The position numbers were made by a program, and so were the translations under genes. This document shows, piece after piece, positions 1-11,400 of a DNA stretch of 64,000 nucleotides. The stretch's first letter is position 1. Each line of letters opens with the position of its first letter. This DNA comes from Azolla caroliniana (Eukaryota; Plantae; Polypodiophyta), in the NCBI GenBank assembly GCA_043228905.1, contig JBHGNT010000021.1, positions 9,982,001-10,046,000 of the forward strand, in the 5' to 3' direction. The notes below the pieces were generated by a model, which saw nothing but the letters and a program-made list of their open reading frames with translations, searched no databases and was not told where the DNA came from.

Positions 1-1630
1 TTCAAATTAGTGAGAAGAGTGTTTATTTTGCTTATTGGTCAATTTTGGGGCCATTTAGGTTTTCTTCTTCTTTCTTTTTTAGGGTTTTGATGTTTGGTTT
101 TGGGATTTTAGCAACTAGCTATTGATTTTTGCATGTATATTAATGTATTCCTCCCATCAATGAGGAAGAGATTAATATATTATTGATTCAATATGTGAAG
201 CTTATCACTCCATATATGTGCTACATATCAATCACACTATTGGGCCATGGCAATACAACATTTCTTTCTAGTGCACCTTTTCCGTAGATTATATAGTTTG
301 TAACAAAAGTACAAATGCAAAACCAACTTACTATAATAATGAAAAATGTTTCAAATCAAACCGCCATTACAGCTAAGGTAAAAAAAAAACAATAATTCAT
401 TCGACTAGAGAAAAGTAATGGAAACAATTCTACATTAGGTTTTAGGGTCGCACACTAACAAATTGCTCCTAAGAAAATGGCTTTAAAACACAATACCATT
501 CCCTTAAAAATGCAACACTAAAAAAGAGGTTAACAAATTTTGCTTATAAGATGAGAAGTTTACTAAACAAGATAAAATCTCAAGAATATTGATATTTGTG
601 ACATAATCTATGCACAAAGAAATATTTGCCTAAGCCTAATATAACATATGAAGAACATAAAAGAGCGATATGTATAACATTACATAGTATTTTGTAGATA
701 TAATTAGAAATCTTTGAGTGAAACTTATTTCACTTAATGGAATCTGTTACTAAACCCCAACATGCTTTCTTCTTTTCATATTTCATCTATGTAGTCAATG
801 GTGTACCTCTTGTTACATGCAAATGAACACAAATTAAATCTTAATATACCTAAGTTAAGATTTAAGCTGAATAACATTTCTCCTAAGGTAATAAAGTTGA
901 CCAAAAATTTACCTTGTAGTAGTCAACCTCCATGCTGAAATTTACCAATTTAGTTTTCCATTTCATGAGGGATATATAAATGAAGTTAAAATTTTATTTA
1001 TTTATTTATTTATTTTTCGGGCTTGGGGTTAAGAGGCATCCACCTTGCTTAAAAGTAGTTTAAACTATATAACCTGTTGAATAATGTTTGTAACAATGAT
1101 TTTATGTTATGCATCATGGCTTGCTCTAATGGAAAATATCATTGGTTTCACCCTAATTTAAGACATAATACAATGATGATAATGATTCTCAACAAAGCTA
1201 CATAATATACAAATGAAATTTTGATCCCAAGATATATTTACATATCATTTCAAAACTGTTGAAATTGCTCCCAACAGAAAAAGGCCATGTACTGAACAAT
1301 AATTTCTCGAATAGCAACTGCTGGATTATCAACATTTGAAATCTACTTAATTGCCACAGTCTTTTGTTTGTTCATACAAGCCACTTTGGCCACTTAAAAC
1401 ACCGTAATGTAGTAATATTTTCCTCACCATGCCAAGAAGACCGACTTATTTCAGCTATACATGTAGACAACTACCAAAACCAATACGCTTATTAAAGGGC
1501 ATAGAAATACAACTTCATAGTGTACCATTCCAATACTTTTATTAGTATAGATAAGTTGTCCAGGAGCATACCTCAGCAAGAAACAACAATCAAATAAGCT
1601 TGGTGAAAGTAATGTAATTAACTAACAATA

Positions 1631-2384
1631 TGTTGTGTAAAGGTGTCCCTCCTTACGGGGGAGTCGGCCGAAAAGTCGATTTAAGAGTCAGTTGGTCGAA
1701 ATCGGCTGAGAAGCCGAAATGTGTCGGATTACCAAAAATAGCCGAAAAGCCAAAAATAGTCGGATTACCGAATTTGGCCGAAGTCGGTCGGAGAGCAAAA
1801 GAATGGTCGGTTTGCCGAAGAACCGAATCAGGGGTCAATTGACCGAATTCGGTGAGAAAGCCGAATTCGTACTCAATCAAATGGACACATATACATATAC
1901 ATATGCCTTCTTACATATAAAGTAAAAACGACCTAGTATATATATATGCCAACAGGCCTGGCAGTATATATGTATGAGGGAAAAACGAGTTGTATGTATG
2001 CGTAACTCTGAGAACGACTGAGTTTTCTACACACTAATGGCTGTGTAAGAGTATACGTACTCAGAAGCTAAGAGAGAAGAAAAGAAGAGAGAATCAAAAG
2101 AGAAACAAAGAGTGAAAGACAGAGAAGCTTGGGAAGCTTCAAAAGGAATAGACGTCTATGTGCTAGGGTTTGGATGCGGTCGGCTGAAATCGTGGTTTCA
2201 GCACACTCCCATACCAAATCAGGTTTTATTGTTCTGATTGTATTCCGTAATTGCTCATAGTGAAATTTCCTATTCCCGTCGTTTTTCCCTGAAATCAGGG
2301 TTTTCCACGTAAATCGTGTGTTCTTCATTTTCTGTTTGGGTCTAAGTTCGATTTCTGATTTTTTGTCTTAGTGAAACTCTATCA
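1631..2384 (+). mobile_element. Solo LTR, probably Copia-type
   Basis: TGTTG...TATCA termini with a perfect 5-bp TSD CAATA (1626-1630, 2385-2389). CCGA-rich U3 repeats, TATA-like tract near 1937, and a GGGTTTTCCACGTAAA U5 motif also present in the Copia B LTRs. No internal domain. Confidence 0.85.
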
Positions 2385-2777
2385 CAATATACACTTTTTA
2401 TTTCAAGCCTCAGTTGATGTATGGAGAAGAGATGGAACTAGCATTTTGAGTACTATATAGCAAGTCTCTATCTATCACAAATAATCATGAAAGATGCTTC
2501 CTGCCAAATGATATCGGGACATACAGAGAGCAATCAGAATCGTTAACCTTGAACAGACATACGTTGCAGCTGAAGATATTAAGATAAGACGGAACAACCA
2601 GTATTTTGAATCCTTTACTTTACACAGATCAATAAGAAGAGAACGAATTCAGAAATAGATTTCATTAATGTATGAAGCAGATATATTTCATGAAGAGATG
2701 GACCTTACATCAATCAGACAGGAAAACCAAGTGATCAAAGGGTGGGAAGCAGTCAATATTTTGTATCCCTAACCGAC

Positions 2778-2778
<1 letters not shown>

Positions 2779-2817
<39 letters not shown>
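2779..2817. repeat. (CA)n microsatellite
   Basis: About 19 perfect AC units. Confidence 0.95.
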
Positions 2818-2820
<3 letters not shown>

Positions 2821-2932
2821 CAGAAATAGACCCTCAAAGAATATGTTGATCTGCTCCCATGAAACAGTAAAAAATAGGTTCTTTCATCAACCCAACATCT
2901 CGATACTCTAGAAACACCCATGATGAAGACTC

Positions 2933-3299
2933 TGTTTATACATGTACCCCCGATACATGCTAAGTGTGAAAAGGCCAAATTTGGTCTTCCACTTAGTTGT
3001 GTGTGGAGAGAGAGAGAGAGAGAGTTAGTGAGTGAGAGTTTGCTTCCTCTCTGTGGTTTTTTTCCCCTTTTCTCTGTTGCAAAGATTCACTACCTCTTCA
3101 TCTCTCATGTAACCTCCACCCTCCTGTTGTATTGAGAGTTGTCTATAGAATCCCTTTGTTGCTCGCCCCCTATTCCTGCCGTGCACACTACAACTAAGAA
3201 GGAACACCACTCCTTCTTCATCCTTGTTGTCCTTGCATCACGATTCGGAGTAGATCAGAACAATTCCCTCTTGGTTTTCTGCTCTATCGACTTACAACA
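2933..3299 (+). repeat. 5' LTR of Copia A
   Basis: TG...CA ends; aligns to 31254-31503 plus 42632-42755 with scattered substitutions. Confidence 0.92.
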
Positions 3300-3300
3300 A

Positions 3301-3312
3301 TGGTGTCAGAGC
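3301..3312 (+). promoter_or_regulatory. Primer binding site (tRNA-iMet type) of Copia A
   Basis: TGGTGTCAGAGC, one mismatch from TGGTATCAGAGC, 1 nt after the LTR. Confidence 0.85.
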
Positions 3313-3674
3313 TTGGGAAACAACGATAGGAAACTTTGGAGTCGGAAGCAACGTGCGCCCGAGACTCAAAGCAATGGCGTAGGAGATTCATGTGGCGAGC
3401 ATTGGAGTATCGGGCTTGGTTGAAGCATCTACCTACTGTTGGGCATCTCTAGTATCTTCGACATTGAAGAAAGGAGCCTACTATTCACAGGTATTTCTCT
3501 TGGTTAAACTCTTCATTTATCCATCATAAGAGAAACATTTTTTGGTGGAAATAAGTTGTGGTGGGAGAGACCCCTTGTCACATTTGGAAGAGAGATTTGG
3601 GGTCAGTGTGAATGTATGGCAGAGCAGATGCCTACAGTTTGTGATTCAGGAGATGTACGCTAGTTAATATTGTT

Positions 3675-5138
3675 TTTTTTTTCCAAAAAAACATCTTCTT
3701 CATTAGTAGAAACTTGTACATCCATGACAAAATGATTACAGTAACAACCTTGTAAAGGCTGTAGTCGTGGTAGACCAATAAAAACTACAAAGAGTCATAA
3801 TATAAAAGTACAAAGAATGGTGAACACCTACAAGAATGTTCTTTCTATCACCTATAATCATTGGCTTAAACACTGAACTATAATGAAAACATTGCAGGAG
3901 ACTACCTTTCGAAATGGAAGCATATCCAACCGTTCATGTACTTTCTATAAGACTCCACATGTATCATATAGATCAAGCAATGCATTGTTAACAACCTGGT
4001 TTCTCTTCAGCCTGAGGATCTCCTTAATCTTTACCTACATTTCTCTCCTCAATATTCAACCTGGTTTTGAATTGAAATCATATCCTGTAATAAGAACATT
4101 GCAGTAGACTATCTTTCGAACGGGAAGCATAAGAAACAGTTCATGTATGTGACTTCATCTCCAGAATTTCGTTGAAGTTGCATCTTCTTGACTTGATCAA
4201 CGCATCCTCACCTTGCTCCTCTTTTTGCTTTTTCAAGTGATCCAACATGTCAACTATTCATCTGAGATGATCCCTTGACATTGCATATGTTGTAAACCTT
4301 CGAACTATCATGAAGACCAGTCGTGCTAGTAATGCCTTCCATGGCACCACATCACAAAACAAGACCTTATGGACTACATCTCTGACTTGATGTATCCCAG
4401 TAGCTTTTGAATACATCATTAAATAAAAAACAGTACTCTCCACTGTCTCTGTAGATATTGCATATGTACAAGCCAAACTTTCCTTGCTGCCCTAGAGATG
4501 TTTCCTTCAATCGCATTCCATTGAAGTTCTGAATCACAGTCTTCTAGATATAATAATTTGGAATATACTTCACCGAATACAATAGACACCTGCAAAAGAA
4601 AATGCTTCTAATTTCGTCATCCCCTCATAAAAGTCTGCTTTAGCCCCCAACAACATCATCACTCATCCTTATCAAACAAAGAAAACATGCTTCCTTTTCC
4701 CCAACCAACCATCTCGCCATAGCTTAGCTTAGCAAAACCTGTACATACCAAACAAAAACCTAATGACACTACTCTCTTAATCCCCTCATGAAATTCCGCT
4801 TCTTCCCCTGACACCAATGTCACTCATCCTTTACAATTTTCTTCGTTTTCCACATCAACCATATGTTCGTTGGCCATTGAATTCCTATACAAACAGAAAA
4901 TAGAGTGAATGTGCTATCCTCATCCCCTCATAAAAACATTGCTTCAGGCCCCAACACCACCATGATTCACTCATCCTTAAAAATAGAGAATTTGCTTCAA
5001 TGACCACATCAACCATCTTGATTTATACCACCAAGAACTTGTACCAAAAAAACAGAATGAGCTTACTCTACTAATCCCCTCATGAAATTATGCTTCATCC
5101 CCCTACACCATCGTCACTCATCTTCTACAGAAATGTGC
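3675..5138 (-). mobile_element. 5'-truncated LINE 3'-UTR insertion in the Copia A leader
   Basis: Poly-T at 3673-3682 (minus-strand polyA). Imperfect ~19-bp TSD TA(C/T)GCTAGT(T/C)AATATTGTT at about 3656-3674 and 5139-5157. Tail and degenerate ~150-bp repeats (4610-5130) resemble the 3' UTR of the full LINE. Confidence 0.72.
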
Positions 5139-6660
5139 TATGCTAGTCAATATTGTTGTCACGTTTGGAAGAGAGATTTGGGGTCAGTGTGAATGTATCG
5201 CAAAGTAGATACCTACAATTTGTGATTTGGGAGGTGTATGCTAGTCAGCATTGTTGACATTTTGGAAATTATATGTTTTTCAGTGGTGCGTGTTATATGC
5301 AAGAGTGGCATTAGTCTTTTTTGGACAATTTGTAGCTGATATTTTGGAAGTTGTATGCTTTCAGTGGTGCATGTTGCACGCATTATTGGGACCATTTTTT
5401 GATAGCTTGCCATAAGCTAGTCAGTTACTAGTTTTTTGTTGCCCAATCGTATTTTGTTGCCTGGTACTATCATTCACTCCCATGGAGTCTGAAATGTTGG
5501 TGCATCTAGTAGCACTTCTGTTGCTCGCAATAGTTCAAGTAAGAACTATTCATTTTTGGGAAAAGATCATATTCAGATCCGGATATTTGATGGATCTTTT
5601 TTTTTTCCATAAAAATTATCCTCCATTAGTATTAAGATTAAAGTAGCCAAAGGCAAGATACAAGATAATCCAACATTACAATGAATATTGTGCAACCAAT
5701 CTTTCTAGATAAAGATAAAGGCAAGATACAAGATAATACTGGTGAACTTCTCCCTAAGTAATATTGTTGCCCTACAAACGTCCATATCACCAAGTAATGT
5801 TGATGCCATGCCAAAGCCCCTAGCATCAATTCCATCGTATTCAACATGTAGTGATATATCTTCTTTCACAATGATTCCTTGATCGCTGCTACATGTAAGA
5901 GTTCATCATATCCAAATGATCTAGATGAACCTACCATATGAAAATATTGGTTCTCTACTCAATCCAATCTCCTCAGACCCTCATGAAAATTTGCTTTTGC
6001 CTCTGCCACCATCTTCGCTCATCGTTGTATAAACTAAAAACAAAAGAAAAAATTAGTTGTTCTCATCCACTCAGGACATTTTGCTTCAACCCTCGACAAC
6101 ATCCTCACTCATCCTTTCAAAAATAAATCAGCTTCCTTTTCCACAACATCCATCTTGCCAGTCATTGCTTGAGTCCTGTATCTCTCTATTTTCAGCAATT
6201 TCCTGTACATACACAAAACAGAATTAATCCACTCTCCTCACCCTCATAAAACCTTGCTTCTACCTCCGCCACCATCTTCACTCATCATTCTGAAAACTGA
6301 AAGTAAATCAGACTGCTTGAAAAACTTCCACATCAACTATCTCTCCATTTTGCATCAAGATCTGTTAACCGATTTTGGGAAAACACCTTTGATGAGCCCA
6401 CAGGCTATCGGTGTCAACCAGAGCGATCTGGGCCTTAAGCTCCTCCTGGTAGTCCCGAAGGGGAGACCCTGTCTGGGTTGCCGCTTGCTGGATTTGGGGT
6501 GAGGGCTCCCTGTCTGTCTATGTAAATCGTTCCATGACGACTGATGGTGGTGGCGTTTGCGTGGAGGCGTGGCTGGTTTGGGGGTGCGGGCTGATATCTG
6601 CCCGTGATGATGGCTCACTTGTCTATACCAAGTCCGTCATTGTGTTGGCATCGACCGTGG

Positions 6661-8006
6661 CTACCCTGGGTGAGAGGTGTTGTCTTTGTGTGCTTCGGTA
6701 CCTGCAGCACTCAGGCTCGGGTTCGGAAGAGTGGTTGGTGAGCCAACGTCACTCGGCGCAGGGAGGCTTAAGGGCGGCTGTTCTGGATGTTGATGCTGGA
6801 ATGTTGCCAGTTTCTCCTTGATGGCTTGCCATAGCTCGGTAGACCGCTTGGCTTGCTGATGCGCCATTTTGATACGTCGGGCCATGTCCTTGGTTGCCCG
6901 AGTAGTGTGGTGTAGATTGCGATATGCCTCGACTAAGGCCATGTTTAGATCTGGTAGTTCCATGAGGAGCGAAGCATTCTGTGCTTGCTTCTTCCATCCT
7001 ATCTTCTGTAAGGCTTGATCCTCGTGAGGTTTGATTTCACCCATTAGAGCGCGTTGAATCATCTTTGTTTCGGCGTGCTCCTCGGCCATACGAGCGACGA
7101 CAGCTACTTGGGCGTGCGCGAGGAAATCCATTAACTCATATATTGTGCCCAGTCGAAGTAGTGCACTGAACTTGTATGCCTCCGCGGGGAGATCTTTGTA
7201 ACCGAGGACTTCCTCCTTTGATATCTGCGTGGTTTGTCCATGCTCGATCCTACTGACTTGGATCCATGACTCCGCTGGTACCATGGCCATGGTCGCCCTC
7301 GATTTTTGTGGTTACCTCTCGAATGATGCAACATCTTTTTGGCGGCTGATCCTGTGCATCCGGGGCCGGTGGTGTTGGCTCCTCGGCCTGTTTCCTCTTT
7401 TGTTGCCGGATGGCCGAGGGTTGCTGGCTTGTGGGCCGTGGGCTCGATTGTGGAGAGGTCATTGATGACCTTGGTGGTTTCATGCGTATGGTGACATCCT
7501 CGGGGATGGACTCCTCGGCCTCGTCCCATTCGACACGGGTCGCTGTGACCGCCTGTTGTTTCTGTGTTTTTGGTGGGGGTGGTGCCGAGGCGGAAGTGGG
7601 ATTCCGAACGCCTGAGGGAGGTGGAGAAGGCGAGGGGTCTTCCCATTCTTCCTAGGTTATCGCCAAAATCTTCTCCCGTTGTTTCCTTGGTGGTGGTCGA
7701 GGGGTCAGGATGCGACGAGGGGAAACCGAAGGAGGTGGGTAGAGGATTGTGAGGAAGTGATTGATCACAGGCAACAAACACTTACCGGTTTGGAAGGATT
7801 CGAGCGTCGCGCGGACTCCTTCACCGGTGATGATTCCCCAATCGATTTTGTTTCCCTCGTATTCACTGATAATGATCGCCGCTTTGTTCTCTGGCATACT
7901 TGTAGGGTTGGTATGCACGAACGTGTACTCCATCAGGATGGGAGCGATTTCTCCGAATGCCTTGTTGGATCCACTGTAAGTGCGATAGGCCTTACTAGAT
8001 ATGGAA
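6661..8006 (-). pseudogene. 3' part of the extra ORF of Gypsy D (plant transposon accessory protein-like, coiled-coil-like C-terminus)
   Basis: ORF pieces 7652-7933 (KIDWGIITGEGVR) and 6661-7290; reading joins 13663-13903 once chromovirus A is removed; internal stops. Confidence 0.65.
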
Positions 8007-8431
8007 TGTCAAGAATAGTACTAAAGCAGAGATGGAATTAGTACTAAGAAGAGTAGTACTATTAGTACTAAGAGGACGGGACTGCGTAAGATTCCCGAGA
8101 GAGAGAAAATAAGAAGAGGAGAGAGAGAGATAGGATGATGACAGCAGCTCTTATATTATATGAAAGATAAGTACAAATCGGCTAAGAGGCTTAAGACTGG
8201 TGTTGAACCAATTTGGTTCAACATAATGCTTAGTGCCTTCTTTTATAGTGTTCTCAGGAATAATCCTGAAGCTTCTAGAATGTTCCAGAGAAATCTGGAA
8301 TATACATTACTTTCTTATAATAAAACATAAATGAAAATAATATTCTATGAATTACAATAGATGGTGAGATGGTTAAGAGCTCGACCCATATACCATAAGG
8401 TCATGGGTTCGAGTCTTGCCATCTCATGACA
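8007..8431 (-). repeat. 3' LTR of chromovirus A
   Basis: TGTCA...TGACA termini; direct repeat of 13238-13662. Confidence 0.96.
8360..8426 (+). promoter_or_regulatory. tRNA-like Pol III A-box/B-box module in U3 (second copy 13591-13657)
   Basis: A-box-like TGGTGAGATGG and B-box GGTTCGAGTC preceded by AGGTC, at tRNA spacing; cloverleaf degenerate. Confidence 0.6.
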
Positions 8432-8442
8432 CTATCTCCCCC

Positions 8443-11400
8443 TTAAAGACGACGAGTGGAACGAGTCGGCGCTGATTGCGGACCGGGTTTGTCCGGATAC
8501 TTTCGGTGGAAATCAGCAAGCAAATCCTGAGCATTGGCAACATGCTCGACAGGTTCCCAAGTGCGTTCGCTCGGACTATAACCAACCCAATCGACCAAAT
8601 AATAAAGTTTGTTGCGAAGAAGTTTGGAATCGAGGATGGCAGCAACTTCATACTCCGGGCCGGTGTCCAACTCCAGCGGGGGCGGCGGTGGTGTAACACG
8701 ATTGGGAATGGTGTTTGCTTTATAAGGTTCAAGAAGGGAACAATGGAAAACCGGATGTAGCTGAAGCGGCGGAGGGAGATCAAGGCGGAAGGTGACATCA
8801 TTAACTTTACCCGTAATAAGGAAAGGACCGAGTCGTCGATAATCCAACTTGTCGCATGGTCGAGTAGTCTTGATGTGACGACGTAAGAGCCATACTCGAT
8901 CTCCGATCGCAAAAGAGGAGGGAAGCCGATGACGATCCGCGTAAATCTTCTGTGTCTGTTGAGCATGACGAAGATGAGTCGAGAGATCTGTCTGGATCTT
9001 GCGTAGTCTCTCCAAATGATCCCCGGCACGAGGATTGGTAGGTAGCTCCGGGGTGTCGATCACCGACCAGCGAGGATGAGAACCGGTATACGCGTAGAAG
9101 GGGGAGACTCGAGTCGAGGAGTGAACAGCATTATTATACGCAAACTCCGCAAAGTGGAGAATCTCGGCCCAATCGTCTTGTTGATAACTCAGGAAACACC
9201 GGAGATATTGCTCCAACGTTTGGTTTGTTCGTTCTGCCTGCCCGTCGGTCTGAGGATGGTAGCCGGAGGAGAGGTTGCAAGAGACCTTGAGCATCTTGAA
9301 GAGATGCTGCCAAAATTTGGAGACAAATTGCGGTCCTCGGTCACTAATGATACTGTCTGGGAGGCCATGATGCCGAAATACCTCACGCATGACTAGGACG
9401 GCGGTTTCCTCGCTAGTGATGGCCTTAGTACATGGAACAAAATGTGCCATCTTCGTATATCGATCGACGACGGTTAAGATAGCATCGAACCCCTGCGAGA
9501 CCGGCAAATCTGTGATAAAATCAAGACAAATAGATTGCCACGGCTTACTTGGAATCGGTAAGGGTTCCAACAAGCCATATGGATGGTGTCGTGGCATCTT
9601 TGCTCGACAACAAGCATCACAGGTCCGAACGTAGTCATCGATAAAACGGCGCATGTGGGGCCACCAAAAAGATCGTTGCACTAGCTCCAACGTCTTAGTA
9701 CTACCGAAATGTCCCGCCGTATGGGTGTCGTGACAATGCTGGACGATGTGAAGGCGACAGGAGCAATCGGGGACATATACGCGCTTTTTAAAGAATAACA
9801 AACCATCATGATATTCGAATTGTCGGTAGTCAATACCTGGTTGTTGAGACTGAGAACAGGATGCCCGAGAAGTATCAATGTGCGCCAAGATGTTTTGAGA
9901 AAAACTATCCGTCTTCAAGTTTGCACGTATGTCGTCGGTAATCCGTGAATCCATCGGGGTGTGAAAAATCCGCGTCGTGTGCAATCGTGTTGGTCCCAAG
10001 ATTACTTGCTTTTGATTATCAAATGTTGGATCACCAGGACGAGGTGCAAGATATGAACGCCGTGACAGTGCATCTGCTTTTCCTTGCTGCTTCCCCGGTC
10101 GATATGTGATTTTGAAGTCGAAACGCGTGAGGAATTGCGCCCACCGAGCTTGCCGTCGATTTAGTACGCGAGCGTTCTGGAAATAAGCAAGATTTTTATG
10201 ATCACTAAAGACAACGACCTGATGTGGAGAGCCCTCTAAGAAATGCCGCCATTGCACAAATGAATCCACGATGGCTAATAATTCCTTGTCATGTATTTCG
10301 TAGTTGATTTCCGCAACATCGAATTTGCGCGAATGGAAAGCCACCGGATGCAACTCTTCTTTATCTCCTTGTTGAGAAAGGATGCTACCGAGGGCGAAAT
10401 CTGAAGCATCGGCCTCCATGATGAATGGTTTGCTAGTATCCACATGAGCTAGAATCGGTGCTGATGTAAAGGCTTTCTTAAGATGCCGAAAAGCCATATC
10501 TGCTTCAATGGACCAAAGAAATGCTTGGCCCTTCTTCGTAAGTTGTGTGAGGGGTAAGATAATCTTCGAGTAATCCTGTATAAACTTACGGTAGAAGTTA
10601 GCAAAACCTAGAAAACATTGTACATCTCGTACCGACCGTGGAATTTGCCACTCTAGTACAGTTTGGACTTTAGCTGGATCCATGGCGATGCCCTTTGAGG
10701 AGATGACGTAGCCTAGAAATTCCACTTGCTTGCAGTCAAAGCTACATTTTTCTAGCTTGGCATAAAGACCATTCTCGCGGAGTCGCTTTAGTACTAATAG
10801 TACATGAGAATCGTGCTCTTCCTGGGTCTTCGAATAAATCAACAGATCATCCAGATAAATGATCAAACAGATATCTAAGAGGTCTCTGAATATATCATTT
10901 GCCATGTGTTGGAAGACTGCGGGTGCATTGGTTAGGCCAAACGGCATAACAGTATACTCGAAATGCCCATACCGCGTGCGAAAAGCGGTCTTCCACTCAT
11001 CTCCCGGTCGGATCCGCACGAGATTATACGCTCCTCGTAGGTCGATTTTAGTAAAAAACTTGGCACCATTAACTCGCTCTAAAAGACTTGATATAAGAGG
11101 AAGTGCATACCTATTCCGGATGGTGACTTTATTCAATCCGCGGTAATCAACGACAAGACGAAGTGAGCCATCTTTCTTCTTGACAAAGAAGATGGGTGCA
11201 CCGGCCGGAGATTTCGAATGACGGATGAACCCGCTTGCCAAGTTCTCCTCTATGTAGGCTCGAAGGACTTCTAACTCGGTGGGTGACAAGTTGTAAATTG
11301 GTCCCCATGGTGGCTCGGTTCCTGGTTGTAAATCGATGGGACAGTCATAGGGACGGTGATGAGGAAGGGTACCGGCTTTTACCTTGTCAAATACATCGGC

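Noticed and set aside
8360-8426. Functional tRNA gene
   Set aside because: Acceptor and anticodon stems do not form a cloverleaf; kept only as a tRNA-like promoter module.
8424-9029. 201-aa alternative-frame ORF over the chromodomain, and the many antisense ORFs over pol genes
   Set aside because: Not preserved as one ORF in chromovirus B; no recognisable motifs; shadow ORFs.
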